Shown in pieces: positions 10,810 to 24,129 of a stretch of 64,000 bases of DNA. Both the position numbers and the translations under genes were made by a program. Source of the DNA: Heptranchias perlo (taxonomy: Eukaryota); NCBI RefSeq assembly GCF_035084215.1, contig NC_090328.1, positions 45,198,001 through 45,262,000 on the forward strand, written 5' to 3'. Under the pieces are notes generated by a model. The model saw nothing but the letters and a program-made list of their open reading frames with translations, was not told the origin of the DNA and did no database searches. The first letter of the stretch is position 1. Every line of letters begins with the position of its first letter.

Positions 10810-12840
10810 ACACCTAGAGAAATTAGGAGAGGCGGCTAAAGGCACAGTTGAAGAGGTATGTTTTTAGGAAGTGATTCAGGAATTGTTGTAGATAGTGGAG
10901 GACAAACGATTGAAGGCTCTGCTACAGATGGTGTTGAAGGAGCAGGGGTGAGTGGGACTTTGTGCAGTATAGGATGTAGACACTGGAGTTTTGGGTAAAT
11001 TGCAGTTCATCTGTGCCCATCTTGCCCGCAACACAATCAGGTTTCCGCAGCACTGAAAAGGCCCTTATCAGTCACGTGACATCCTATGTGACTGTGACCA
11101 TGGTAAACTATCCCACTCATCCTTCTCGACTGTCTGCAGCCTTTGACACAAGTGACCACGCCACCCTCCTCCAATACCTCTCCTCCGTCGTCCAGCTGGG
11201 TGGGACTGCCCTCGCCTGGTTCCTTTCTTATCTATCCATTCATAGCCAGAGCATCAACTGCAATGGCTTCTCTGCCCACTCCCGCACCATTACCTCGAGT
11301 CCCCCAAGGAAGTGATCCTTGGCCCCCTCCGATTTCTTATTTACATGCTGCCCTTCGACAACACCATCAGAAAACATGAAGTCAGGTTCCACGTGTACAC
11401 TGACGACACCCAGCTCTACCTCACCACCACCTCTCTTGACCTCTCCACTGTCTGATTTGTCACACTGCTTGTCTGACATCCAGTGTTGGATGAGCAAAAA
11501 TTTCCTCCGACTAAATATTGGGACGACCGAAGCCATTGTCTTCGGTCCCCATCACAAACTTTGTTCCCCAGCCACCGGCTCCATCGCTCTCCCTGGCCGC
11601 TGTCTGAGGCTCAACCAGACTGTTCGCAACCGTAGCATCCTAATTGATCCTGATGAGCTTCTGACCACATCTGCTCTGTCACCAAGACCGCCTACCTCCG
11701 CAACATCGCCCGTCTCCGCCCCTACCTCAGCTCATCTGCTGCTGAAACAGTCAGCCATGCCTTTGTTACTTCTAGACTTGACTATTCCAATGCGCCCCTG
11801 GTTGGCCTCCCATTGTCCACCCTCCGTAAACTTGAGCTTATCCAAAACTCTGCTGCCCATATCCTAACTCGCACCAAATCCTGTTCACCCATCACCCCTG
11901 TGCTCCCTGACCTTCACTGGCTCCTGGTCCACCAACGTCCCGAATTTTAAAAAATTCTCACTTTTCAAATCCCTCCATGGTCTCTACCTTCCTATATCCT
12001 TCTGAAATTGCTGCGCTCTTCCAATTCTGGCTTCTTGTGCATCCCCGATTTTAATTGCTCCACCATTGGCGGCTGTGCCTTCAGCTGCCTAGGCCCTACG
12101 TTCTGGAATTCCCTCCTTAAACCTCTCCACATCTCTATCTCCCTCTCGTTCTTTAAGATGCTCCTTAAAACCTACCTCTTTGATCAAGCTTTTGGTCACC
12201 TGTCCTGATATCTCATGTGACTCGGTGTCAAATTTTGTTTGATGATGCTCCTGTGAAGTACCTTGGCGTTTTACTACATTAAGGCGTCAAATAAATGCAA
12301 GTTGTTAATGGAGGGTAGAGGGAGCAAGTGAGGAACCGTTAGAAAATTCAAATCTGGAGGTGATGCTCATGAATGGGTGTTTGAGTGGCAATGCGTGGAG
12401 GGGTAAGATGGAGATGGGTAATGTTAGAGGTAGGGCAATATTGGTGATGGGCTGGATGATGGGTTTGAGACTCGGCTCAAGTTTCAGCAGGACTCCAAGA
12501 TATGTACACTCTAGTGGAGCTTAAGCAGTAAACCAGGAAGAGTGATGGCATCAGAGCTATGGCAGTGTTGTTTGAAGGATTTGAACAGATTAGGTTTCGT
12601 CTTGTTAGTGTTGAGCTGCAGAAAGTTCCAGCTCATCCAAAATATGATGTTGGACAGGTAGTTAGACTGCAAGTGACATTTGTGGAATCAAGGATAGTGG
12701 TGGAGGTAAAGCTGGATCTCATCAGACACCTAATGAAAGCTTGTGGATGACTGCAACGTGTAGATGAGGAATAGGAGGGGACCAATGACTGAACCTTGGG
12801 GCACACCAGAGGTGACCATGTGATCATTTGAGGAGAAGCC
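10810..12840 (-). mobile_element. old L2 LINE, split by a younger L2 at 11013-12306
   Basis: Degenerate minus-strand L2 sequence on both sides of the insertion; RT remnant (GVPQG-like) near 12790. Confidence 0.6.
11013..12306 (+). mobile_element. L2 LINE, 5'-truncated
   Basis: QSGFR..STEKAL and LSAAFDT.DH motifs, then the L2 3' terminus GTGAAGTACCTTGG..ATAAATGCAAGTTGTT. Confidence 0.88.
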
Positions 12841-13385
12841 ATTTAAGCATTTCCGTAAGATGATTTGAAGGGCTTTTGTGGTAGTTGTGTACAGCTCTTG
12901 TATTGTGACCTGGTTCTGATTAGCTTATGAATGTAAGTGAAATAACTATTTATAGCAACTTCTTAGGTTGTTTTGTGTGTTATCTGAGCAACTCTAGGTC
13001 TCCCTCCTTCTAACAATTAACTTGCAAGCTGTTGAGTCTTCAGAATATTTTGCGTTCAGCTTCCCATTAAGTATTATTTTGGGATTTAAAAATGCCATAT
13101 ATTTAGTTTATTAATATGTACCTGACACATCTTCAGAAGGACATTCAGATGTCTAATGCAAGTCAAACCCACACCCATATTCACTTTTTAATATAATTTT
13201 ATATTGAGAATGCTTCTGTTTATTGCGGTCTGCATTCGGTCCTTTGAAAATTAACATTGGAAAAACTTCACGAAGGATGTGTTTACCGACTTATTTTTGC
13301 CTAAAGTGAGATTCGATTTCCTTCTCAAACATTAGACACTAATATCTATATGGAATTCTCATTTTGATCAATGTAAAATGACAGA

Positions 13386-15150
13386 TTTTTTTTTATTCGT
13401 TCATGGGATGTGGGCGTCGCTGGCAAGGCCAGCATTTATTGCCCATCCCTAATTGCCCTTGAGAAGGTGGTGGTGAACCGCAGCAGTCCGTGTGGTGAAG
13501 GTTTTCCCACAGTGCTGTTAGGAAGAGAGTTCCAGGATTTTGACCCAGCGACGATGAAGGAACGGCGATATATTTCCAAATCGGGATGGTGTGTGACTTG
13601 GAGGGGAATGTGCAGGTGGTGTTGTTCCCATGTGCCTGCTGCTCTTGTCCTTCTAGGTGGTAGAGGTCGCGGATTTGGGAGGTGCTGTCGAAGAAGCCTT
13701 GGCGAATTGCTGCAGTGCATCTTGTAGATGGTACACACTGCAGCCGCGGTGCATCTTGTAGATGGTACACACTGCAGCCGCGGTGCATCTTGTAGATGGT
13801 ACACATTGCAGCCGCGGTGCATCTTGTAGATGGTACACACTGCAGCCGCGGTGCATCTTGTAGATGGTACACACTGCAGCCGCGGTGTGCGGTGGTGAAG
13901 GGAGTGAATGTTTAGGGTGGTGGATGGGATGCCAATCAAGCGGGCTGCTTTGTCCTGGATGGTGTCGAGCTTCTCGAGTGTTGTTGCAGTTGCACTCATC
14001 CAGGCAAGTGGAGAGTATTCCATCACACTCCTGACATGTGCCTTGTAGATGGTGGAAAGGCTTTGGGGAGTCACGAGATGAGTCACTCACCGCAGAATAC
14101 CCAGCCTCTGACCTGCTCTTGTAGCCACAGTATCTATATGGCTGGTCCAGTTAAGTTTGTGGTCAATGGTGACCCCCAGGATGTTGATGGTGGGGAATTT
14201 GGCGATGGTAATGCCGTTGAATGTCAAGGGGAGGGGGTTAGACTCTCTCTTGTTGGAGATGGTCATTGCCTGGCACTTGTCTGACGCGAATGTTACTTGC
14301 CACTTATGAGCCCAAGCCTGGATGTTGTCCAGGTCTTGCTGCACGCGGGCTCGGACTGCTTCATTATCTGAGGGGTTGTGAATGGAACTGAACACTGTGC
14401 AATCATCAGCGAACATCCCCATTTCTGACCTTATGATGGAGAGGTCATTGATGAAGCAGCTGAAGATGGTTGGGCCTAGGACACTGCCTTGAGGAATTCC
14501 TGCAGCAATGTCCTGGGGCTGAGATGATTGGCCTTCAACAACCACAACCATCTTCCTTTGTGCTAGGTATGACTCCAGCCACTGGAGAGTTTTCCCCCTG
14601 ATTCCCATTGACTTCAATTTTACTAGGGCTGCTTGGTGCCACACTCGGTCAAATGCTGCCTTGATGTCAAGGGCAGGAACTCTCACCTCACCTCTGGAAT
14701 TCAGCTCTTTTGTCCATGTTTGGACCAAGGCTGTAATGAGGTCTGGAGCCGAGTGGTCCTGGCGGAACCCAAACTGAGCATCGGTGAGCAGGTCATTGGT
14801 GAGTAAGTGCCGCTTGATAGCACTGTCGACGACACCTTCCATTACTTTGCTGATGATTGAGAGTAGACTGATGGGGTGGTAATTGGGCGGATTAGATTTG
14901 TCCTGCTTTTTGTGGACAGGACATACCTGGGCAATTTTCCACACTGTCGGGTAGATGCCAGTGTTGTAGCTGTACTGGAACATCTTAGCTAGGGGCGCAG
15001 CTAGTTCTGGCGCACAAGCCTTCAGCACTATAGCCGGGATGTTGTCGGGGCCGATAGCCTTTGCTGTATCCAGTGCACTCAGCCGTTTCTTGATATCGCG
15101 TGGAGCGAATCGAATTGGCTGAAGACTGGCTTCTGTGATGGTGGGGATAT
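13386..15150 (-). mobile_element. Zenon-like CR1-group LINE, 5'-truncated, RT largely intact
   Basis: Same family as 5530-8758. The RT reads open from 15150 to 14087 ([15 protein letters not shown]); poly-A tail at 13386-13394. Confidence 0.92.
13715..13884. repeat. 34-bp minisatellite, 5 tandem copies, inside the LINE
   Basis: Unit GTGCATCTTGTAGATGGTACACACTGCAGCCGCG; four identical copies and one with a single substitution; no spacers. Confidence 0.95.
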
Positions 15151-15433
15151 CTATCTTAGCCTTGAATATATTCAATGACTCAGCATCCACAGCCCTCTGG
15201 GGTAGAGAATTCCAAAGATTTATAACCCTCTGCGTGAAGAAATTCCTCCTCATCTCAGTCTTAAATGGCTGACCCCTTATCCTGCTACTTTGCCCCCTAG
15301 TTCTAGGCTCTCCAGCCATGGGAAACAACCTCTCAGCATCTACCCTGTCAAACCCCCTCATAATCTTATGTTTCAATTCGATCACCTCTCATTCTTCTAA
15401 ACTCCAGAGAGTATAGGCCCATTCTACTCAACC
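15151..15433 (-). mobile_element. CR1 ORF2 C-terminal fragment fused 5' of the Zenon-like copy
   Basis: KIMRGFDRVDAERLFP..RRNFFTQRVINLWNSLP; near-identical to 36000-36272. Confidence 0.88.
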
Positions 15434-16159
15434 TTGCAATAGCTGCTCTCTGGTTATAACTTTGACTTTCAATACAGTTTAGTAATGAATGTAAGACTGG
15501 TTTGGTCACAAAGATAAAAGTCTTGATTTAAATTGCATGTATTGTAGGGGTCAGATTTCTCGCTGACAACTGTGTGTGTTCAACAGTGGTCTGTTATCTC
15601 TACAAATAAGTACATGTTGGGAAGTGATCGTTTTAGTGGGGAAAAGTTCAAGTGCCAAAATGTTTCACTGTGTCGTCAAGCGTCCGTGCTGCGGAATGAA
15701 GGTACGTGGTCTGCCTCGTGGTCTTGGCTATAATGCTTCTGTGGGGTACTCAGCAGAACATGATAAATGAAATTTAGCACTGTTATAAATAATTGCATGT
15801 GGTCAAAAGAATTGTCATACATACACCATGAATGGAATTGAATTAGCACACAGAAATTTAGGATAAATAAAAAGGGAAAAAAAATTGCAGATGCCACTTT
15901 CATGCCAATGTTTAGCAGTTGGATGCTAAGATAGGAGCGTTAAGGTCCTTGAGGAACTAGCTAGAATGGGCTAGAAGTCCTTTTTTAAAATCGATCGGAT
16001 TTCTTGTGTTCTAATAAGGGTATACGACCTCAAAAAAAATAATTAATTTTGTACCTAAAGTTATCGTTTGGAACACTTTTTAATAGAAAAAAGTCCTGAA
16101 TTATGAGGTCTGCAGAATGGCTTTTTAACTAAAAGTATTTTGTTTTCCTTTAAAACTAG

Positions 16160-16238
16160 GAATATAAGCAACAGTGCACTCATATGATAGCAAATAAACC
16201 AAGCCAAAGTGAGAAATTTTTAGCAGCTTGTGCTGCAG
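16160..16238 (+). CDS. SLF1: SLF1 exon 3 (EYKQQCTHMIANKPSQSEKFLAACAAG)
   Basis: CTAG|GAA acceptor, CAG|GTGAGT donor; 79 nt, phase 0 to 1. BRCT motif CTH.I...SEKFLAACAAG. Confidence 0.95.
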
Positions 16239-16684
16239 GTGAGTAGACACATTCCATATTGACCTTGCTTGAATCAAAATAAGCTTGTTTGTGTTGGGTG
16301 AAAAAATAATTTCTTATTGCAACTAGAATATAGCCAGCCTTATGCACTGTAAATAAACATGCACATTTATTTTATCCCCTGGGATAGCAAATTAGTTATT
16401 ACAGCATGAGCTTGTGCTGCAACAGCTGATTTGCTGCCACAAGGGATCTGGTAGGAAGATTACTGCTGCTGTGCCTTCTGCTGCTCTTGTCTTTGCTTTT
16501 CATGGATGCACCTCTTACCTGACGTTGCTACTTCACCCTGAGAATCAACTCCGTGTCCTGTAAGTGAAAATTTGTGGTCTTGAAATAGATCAGGAATTAC
16601 TGCCCTCAGCACAGTGTCCATTTTTGGAGCAAAGCAGCAGTGTCTGGTATATATTGCAGCCAGTACCAGTACTGATAAGATCAT

Positions 16685-16900
16685 CAGGGAGGGATAATGT
16701 CTCTGACCCGAGATAGTTAGAGGGGCATAGTTCCTCTGAACCATTAGGGGAGGGGCTAGAGGGAGAATGTACAATAGTGAACTGGAGGGATTAGAAAGGG
16801 GAGTACATCTGTGAGCTGGGGAGGTTAGAAGTGATGAGTGCCTCTGAACCATAGCTGGGGGAGAATGTCTCTTGAATTGAGGGGAGGGTTGGGGAGGACA
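16685..16900. repeat. degenerate G-rich tandem repeat
   Basis: Recurrent (C/T)CTCTGAACCAT/GTCTCTGA and GGGG(A)G segments at ~35-40 nt spacing. Confidence 0.4.
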
Positions 16901-17076
16901 GTACTTTTGTGAACTGTATCTTGAGAAACGACCTATAAATCACTAAACTTTACTACTTTCCTTTTAGTTATCTTTTTAATGATGCCGTAATAGATATAAG
17001 GAGCTGACATAAATCCATTATCCCTACCCAGACTTTTGTTTGTTTATTTTCTCTTTCTCTTCCCCTTTCATTTTAG

Positions 17077-17317
17077 GAAAGTGGGTCTTAACTAAAGATT
17101 ACATCATTGACAGTGCTAAAAATGGCAGGTGGCTCAATGAAATCCAGTACGAGTGGGGATACAAAATCCAACGTAATTCACAGTATCCTATTCCAATGGA
17201 TTCTGTACCAAAGATATGGCGAGAGGAGCTGGCCCGTTCTGGTACACCAGGAGTGTTTCACAACTGGAAAGTAGTGCTTCTGATCAGTAATGATACAAGA
17301 AGAGCTATTTTCAAAAG
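17077..17317 (+). CDS. SLF1: SLF1 exon 4 (GKWVLTKDYIIDSAKNGRWLNEIQYEWG...FHNWKVVLL...FKR)
   Basis: Long pyrimidine tract TTTTAG|GA, donor AAG|GTACTG; 241 nt, phase 1 to 2. Strong match to recalled human KWILTKDYIIHSAKSGRWLDE..YEWGYKI. Confidence 0.96.
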
Positions 17318-17904
17318 GTACTGTTCAGAAGGGTCATTACTAGTAGATTATACTTAATGTTTCCATGTCCTGTAATATTTGTTTAAATTATTCTGGGGTG
17401 ACTGATCACTTTTTTATATTCCACGGGTTTGCTGATTTGTCGTTATGAATTGAGATATGCTGTCATGTAAACTACACATAGCAAAATCTATTGAAAAAGT
17501 GATAGTTCAGCCAGAGATGAGCAAACAAACACTGAAAATATGTGGAAAAATACAAGTACAACTTGTTTCTCAAATTTATTTAAAATTGCAAAAAAAAAGT
17601 GTATATCTCTTGAAATTTTCACAAAAAAACTTGATATTCTGGCAAATGTTTTTGTGGTTTTTTTGTTTTACCCCTTGAAGAGGCCTGGTTATCAAGGTCC
17701 GAAGGAACCATCAGGAAATGGCTGTCTTTGTTCTTTAGATGCCATTTGTTCATCCGTAGGTTCCTTATCTTTTTGGCTGTGAATTTTGCTATTTGGTGCA
17801 AATATCATTGATAAATCAGGAGCATGCGTGACATAATTTGCATGTATGACCCCTTCAGGTGTGACTGTGTTGCATTTAAATATGTGTGCGTATGTATGTT
17901 ATCT

Positions 17905-20900
17905 ATATATAACAATAACAACAACAACTTGCATTTATATAGCACCTTTTTAATATAGGAAAGTGTCCCTAGGCACTTCACCACGACATAATCAGACAAA
18001 AATGTCAAAGCACGAGATAATAGATGGGATGATCAAAAGTTTGGTCAAAGAGATGGGTTTAAAGGAGGGGGAGGGGGGAGTTAAAGAGAGAATTACAGAG
18101 TGCGGGGCATAGGCAGCTGAAGGGAAGGATGCATGAAGCCAGAGTCAGAAGAACAGAGTTCTAGTGGGTTATATGGGATGGAGAAGGTTACAGTGATAGG
18201 GTAGGATGAGGCCATAAAGGGGTTTAAACATAAAGGATGAAAGTTTAAAATTGGAGGCGTTGCGATAACCGGGAGACGACGTAGATCAGCAAGAACAGGA
18301 ATGATAGGTGTGTGGTACTTGATGTTGGATTCGGGCAATAGAGTTTTGGATGAGCCAAAGTTTAGAGGATGGAGGATGTCAGGCTGGCCAGAAGACCATT
18401 GGAGTAGTTGAGTCTGGAGGTGACAAAGGCATGGATCAGAGTTTCATTAGCAGGTACGCTGAGGCAAAGGCAGGTGATGTTAACAGAGGTGAAAGTAGGA
18501 GCCTTTGTGATGAAGAGGATAGAGCTGGAAGCCCCTCTCGGTCAAATACAATGTCCAAGGTTGTGAATGGTCTGGTTCAACCTGAGACAGTGACTGGAGA
18601 GGGGAATGGAATCACTAGCAAGCATATAGAGTCTGTGGCAGGGGCTGAAAATGATGGCTTTAGTCTTCCCAGAGTTTAACTGGATGAAGTTAAGGCTCAT
18701 CTGGGGGGGTGGGGGGGAGCTAATAGTTAATAGTTTTGGGCCAGGAAGGAAGCTATTATCGGAAATGCTTTGGCTACAATTTGATAGGTAAGAGTGGAAT
18801 CAAGCAAGGGCAGTCCCACTGAGCTGGACAACGGAGGAGGGGCTTTGAAGGAGGATGATGCGATTGATCGTGTAAAAGGCTGCAGAGAGGTTGAGGAGGA
18901 CAAGGAGGGAAAATGCACCACAGTCACGGGATGTCATTTATGACTTTGATTAGGGCTGTTGCAGTGCTTTGACGGATGGAAACCTGATTGTATGGATCCA
19001 AACGGGGAGTTGCAGGAAAGATAGGCATGGACAACACGTTCAAGGTTGACGATGGGGCGGTAGTTTTTGCAAGAACAGAGGGGTTGAGGGTGGATTCTTT
19101 GAGAAGGAGTGTGGTAATGGCTGTTTTGAAAAGGAAGGGTACAGTACCCAAGGAGAGGGGACCATTTATAATGTCAGTTAACATGGTGGTGAGGAATGGA
19201 AGCTGGGTGGTCTGCAATTTAGTGGGAATGGAGTCAAGGGAGAAGGAGGTGAGTCTCAAGGACAAGATAAGCCCATCAAAGGCATGAAAGGAGATAACAA
19301 AACTAGGGGAAGATGCAGGTTATGGGAAAGGGCAGCGAGGAGCCTGGGGAGAGGTTTGGCTTGATGGACAGTGGAAAAGGAGGGAAGCAGCAGAGGCAGC
19401 TCAAGAGATTGTCACGAGCACCGAGACCAAGAAGTCCATGATGTGAGAATGCAGGGAAGAGGGATTTAAGTAGTCGGTTGTAAGTAGAGAAAAGAAGTCA
19501 GCTGTTACCTTTTATTCTCCAGGATAATCCTGGAGACGTGGGTGGTTTTGGCAGAGGAAACTGAGGTCTGATGATGCTTGTTGTGGTCCAGTCAGATCTG
19601 GTGATCATAGAAAATGGCTTCCTTCTGTGCCGTAATTCGGCCCATCATGTCCGTGCCAGCTGAACAAGAGCTATCCAGCTTAATCCCACATTCCAGCACT
19701 TGGTCCGTAACCCTGTAGGTTACAGCACTTCAAGTGCACATTCAAGTACTTTTTAAATGAGTTGAGGGTTTTTGTCTCAGGCAGTGAGTTCCATACCCCA
19801 CTGGTGAAAAAATTTCTCCTCAGCTCCCCTCTAATCCTTCGACCAATTACTTTAAATCTATGCCCCCCTGGTCACTGACCCCTCTTCAAAGGGAAATAGG
19901 TCCTCCCTATCCCTATCTAGTCCCATCATAATTTTACATATCTCAATTAAATCTCCCCTCAGCATCCTTTGTTCCAAAATAAACAACCCCAACCTATCCA
20001 ATCTTTTCTCATAGCTAAAATTCTCCAGCCCTGGCAACATCCTCGTAAGTATCCTCTGTATCCTCTGTATCCTCTGTACCCTCTACATTGCAATCGCAGC
20101 TTTCCTGTAATGTGGTGACCAGAACTGTACACAGTACTCAAGCTGTGGCCTAACCAATGTTTTATACAGTTCTAGCATAACTTCCCTGCTCTTACATTCT
20201 ATGCCTCGGCTAATAAAGGAAAGTATCCCGTGTGCCTTTTTAACCACCTTATCTACCTGTCCTGCTACCTTCAGGGATCTGTGGACATGCATTCCAAGGT
20301 CCCTTTGTTCCTCTACAGTATCCTCCCATTTATTGTGTACTCCCTTGCTTTGTTTGCCCTCCCCAAATGCATTACCTCATACTTCTTCGGATTGAATTTA
20401 ATTTGCCACTCTTCTGCCCACCTGACCAGTCCATTGATATTGTCCTGCAGTCTACAGCTTTCCTGCTCACTATCAACCACAAGGCCAATTTTTGTATCAT
20501 CTGCAAACTTGTTGATTAAGCCCCCCACATTCAAGTCCAAATCAGTAATATATACCACAAAAAGCAAGGGACCTAGTACTGAGCCTTGCGGAACCCCACT
20601 GGAAACAGTCTTCCAGTCACAAAAACACCCGTCAACCATTACCTTTTGCTTCCTGCCACTGAGCTAATTTTAGATCCAACTAGCCACTTTCCCTTGGATC
20701 CCATGGGCTTTTACTTTTTTGACCAGTCTGCAATGTGGGACCTTGTCAAAAGCCTTGCTAAAATCCATCAAACGCATTACCCTCATCAACCCTCCTTGTT
20801 ACCTGCTGAAAAAATTAAATCAAGTTCGTCAGACACGACCTTCCCTTAATAAATCCATGCTGATTTGGTGATGGATGACTAAACCAGTTGTGTCCCAGAT

Positions 20901-21300
20901 ATGCTTAAGCCTGCGCCCCTTGAACTTGAGAGAGCAAAGATGGGGAAAAGATCAGGATGGCAGAGAACAAAGGCTTTACTTGGGGACAAGGGCATCAAAG
21001 GTGGAGGTGAGGGGAGTGGTTGAGAAGATTGACAGCTGCAGAAGCGTTGTGGTGATTGGGAGGCCACAGGCCAGGCGGACACAGATCGTAGGGCTACGCG
21101 GGTGGTGGAGATACAAGAAAGTGGTTGGAGATCACCTTGTCGACAACCGAGATAAGAAGAGTAGGGAGGCCACCTATTTATGGATGTGTAGGTCTCTCTC
21201 TATCTCGTGGTTTTGGAGGTCCCAGCAGACAGTTTGGAGCATTAGTGGTTGCTGGATTCTGGCAGTAGTGGGGAACAGCATCTAAGACCCTTGTGGGCCC
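17905..21300 (-). mobile_element. long L2 LINE remnant, split by a CR1 at 19606-20861
   Basis: Tail (AAC)n-TTGCATTTATATAGCACC at 17905-17948; RT region LDSIPTKL..IINGPLS.GTVP..FKTAI.T.LLK. The L2 sequence continues after the CR1. Confidence 0.8.
19606..20861 (-). mobile_element. CR1 LINE, 5'-truncated, with 11-bp TSD
   Basis: [21 protein letters not shown] and LYKTLVRPQLEYCVQFWSP. Flanked by GATCTGGTGAT (19595-19605) and GATTTGGTGAT (20862-20872). Confidence 0.9.
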
Positions 21301-22454
21301 AGGAGACATGTCTTCTGATATGCATGATTGGTGAATTTGCTGACTTTTACAATCTTTAATAAACATAAATTTCCAAATGACCTCAAAACACTGAAATCTC
21401 ATTGGTTTGTAATTTTCAAGTTTTTAATATTTAAAAAAAATCATGAGCCTCAAATGATTCACGAGATTTTTTAACTAAATACATACAACCAAAAGTGGTG
21501 AGTGATTTGTTTTCTTTTAACCAGCAACAAAAAAATGAATAGCTGTTACTATTCTCACTTTTTTTACATATAAAAGCTGTTGGTATTCACATGTGCTGTT
21601 TTTCTGGGGGGAGTTCATAATAGAGAAGCACAATTTTTAATAAATTTATATAAATTCTCCATTTGCATGAAATAAAAGTTTTGAGTATTCAATCTTAAAC
21701 TCTTTTTAGATAAAGCAAAAGAGGGGTTGAGAAGATGCATCATTCCATCTGCCAATTTCTGTTAATGCACAGATTGCATTCTGAAAAATTCTGCAAACTG
21801 CACCTGCTGAAAATGCACAGATATGACTGAAATCTATCCCTTGTCTATGTTGAGGTAAAAATATCCAGTTGAAGCTCAGCCTTTGAGACAGGTTTAGACC
21901 TTCTAATAAAGGCATTAAAAGGCACAAGACGAATCAATAGTTAAATGTAATCAAGCTATTGTGAAAAATATTAATTTTTTGAACTTATTTTGTTTTGACC
22001 CTTATTTTGGAAATTAAAAATTAGAGAAAAATTGGCAGATGAAAAATATTTGCATATAAAGGTTGTTAATTTTGCTTCACAACACCAAGTGGCCAGAACC
22101 TGGAACTACAGTAACAGGCTTCATTTTTAATTGTAAAATCCTATTAAAAAAATGATAGGGCAGGTGTCAGAAGATATGGGCACAATCAATATTGAAAAAC
22201 TTCTTGGCAATGGCATAGTACATCTGAAGAGAATTGGGGCATTTTTCTACCTTAAAGATGCTATATAAATGCAAGTTGTTTTAACTTCTACCTCAAACAT
22301 TTTTTTTGCCTTAAATGTTTCTAATCTCTCTCTAGCCTGTTTTTTGCTTGTATGCTGTGCAATTTTGTGTGTTTTGGGAATTCAAAGATTTAATTGTAAG
22401 TGACTGGTCAACTAGTTAGCTATAATAGCTTATATTTGGGTATGCCCTTTGATT

Positions 22455-23150
22455 CATGAAATTTTATGGCTCAGAATTTGGCCTGTTATGTCTGTGCTGG
22501 CTCTTTGAAAGACCTAGCCACTTAATTCCATTCCCCTGCCCTTTCCTGATAGCCTTTTTAATTTTTTTTCAAATATTTATCAACTTCCCTTTTAAAAAAA
22601 AGTATTATGGATTCTGCTTCCACCACTGTTTTGGGTAGGATATTCTATGACCTAGCAAACCAATTTCACTTAACCTCTCTTTCATTCTTTTGCTGATGAT
22701 ATTAAATTTATCGCCTCTCATTTCCGACTCATCAATCAGTACAAAATAGTTTTTCCCTATGAGGGATTATCAAAACTACTCATAATTTTGAACACCTCTA
22801 TTGGATCTCCTCTTAACCTGCTTTTCTTTAATGTAAGGAGCCCCAGTTTCTCTAGTGTCTTCTCATAACTAAAATCTTTCATCTCTGGTATCATTTTAGT
22901 GAATCTCTTCTGTACCATCTCCATGATCTTGCCATCCTTCTTAAAGTAAGGTGCCAAAAAATTGGGCACAATATTTTAATTGGAGCCAAACCAATGATTT
23001 TTCTAGGTTTAGCATTACCTCTTTGCTTTTGTTCTCTGCCACTGTTTATAAAACCTAGAATCCCAAACGCTTTTTTTTGCTGCTTTATCTACTTGTCCTA
23101 CAGATTTCTGTATCTGAACCCATAAATGTGTCTGTTCCTCTCTTCTAACC
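22455..23150 (-). mobile_element. old CR1 3' fragment
   Basis: VQKRFTKMIPEMKDFSYEKTLEKLGL..RLRGD.IEVFKIM. Confidence 0.8.
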
Positions 23151-23508
23151 TGTCCTGAAATTGTTTAGAGCCCTCTTCACAGTTTAAAGCACTCCCTATT
23201 TTTGTGTCATCTGCGATTTTGGTATTATGTCCATCCAAGTCCAGACACCAGTGTTTACATCCCTTTTTAAGCAGAAATCCCAGTCAGGAACCATGTCAGA
23301 CAGAAGCCCTTCAATTAGCAGTTGTTGCTGGTTCATTTTTGGGGTGTTGGGACGATGGAGTAGTTGTCCATGTAGCGCATTCCTTAGGGAAGTGGGTAGG
23401 GGAGTTAAATGACTGCAAAAAGTCACACTGTGGGTGTAAATTCAGTTTTATTTGAAGATGCACACTTTCAGTTAGAATGTATTTGAAAACTGCTTTTCTT
23501 TTGTTAAG

Positions 23509-23671
23509 AGTCCTGCGTGCTGGAAAAGCAACAGTGTATCATCGACCAAGAACAAGTTACGAAATTACACATGTATTAACAGAAAACAGGAATTACACTA
23601 TGGAGAGGCTAAAAAATACATACAAGGCACCTTACTTTCCTGTAGAGTACATTGGACAACTCATATTGAAG
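23509..23671 (+). CDS. SLF1: SLF1 exon 5 (RVLRAGKATVY...ITHVL...KAPYFPVEYIGQLILK), end of BRCT2
   Basis: TTTTGTTAAG|AG acceptor, AAG|GTAACC donor; 163 nt, phase 2 to 0. Confidence 0.94.
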
Positions 23672-24129
23672 GTAACCCACCACTTTTTTAAACTAAAAGT
23701 TTTGTTGCTGCAACAGACAGGTAACATTGTGTGATGCGATAAGAGAAACTGGTCTTCTGAGACTACTAACCATAGGCATGACTAGGCCAATTGCATTGCT
23801 AAATCCTAAAAGATTCAAATTCTGTGTAAAGCCAATTTTGTGGATGGTTTTCACAAGGCCATAACGATTTCTATTAGATAGGTGTTGGTCTCGTTTTTGG
23901 AACCCATTATGGGGTCAGTACTGTAATGGCTTGGATCTGGGTGGAAAAATTTCCCTTGGTATAGTGACTCCTTCAATTCGGAAGCCTCCACTGGCATTTG
24001 GGTAACAGTAACCTAATTGTTCTCAATGTGGAATTATCTTTGCACTTTGTTTTCAGAACTTCCGAAATAGCCTGGTTGTAGGAAAAGGGAGAAATTATTT
24101 CTTCTGTCGAGTTGAGATCTTGTCCCTTG

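Noticed and set aside
13715-13884. CRISPR-like array of 34-bp repeats next to a reverse transcriptase
   Set aside because: The units are head-to-tail with no spacers, are part of the LINE coding sequence, and there are no cas genes; the context is a vertebrate intron.
14087-15385. 432-aa RT ORF as a host gene, retron or group II intron
   Set aside because: It is a fusion of two non-LTR retrotransposon fragments, has a non-ATG start, lacks the endonuclease and has sister copies in the window.
16426-16559. Extra SLF1 cassette exon ending at GTAAGT (16560)
   Set aside because: Acceptors are weak, and exons 3 and 4 already join in phase through the conserved AAGKW BRCT motif.
20049-20085. RGY-RGY-RGY peptide repeat in ORF 19959-20141
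   Set aside because: A 9-bp slippage expansion (GTATCCTCT) inside a dead CR1, read in a non-coding frame.
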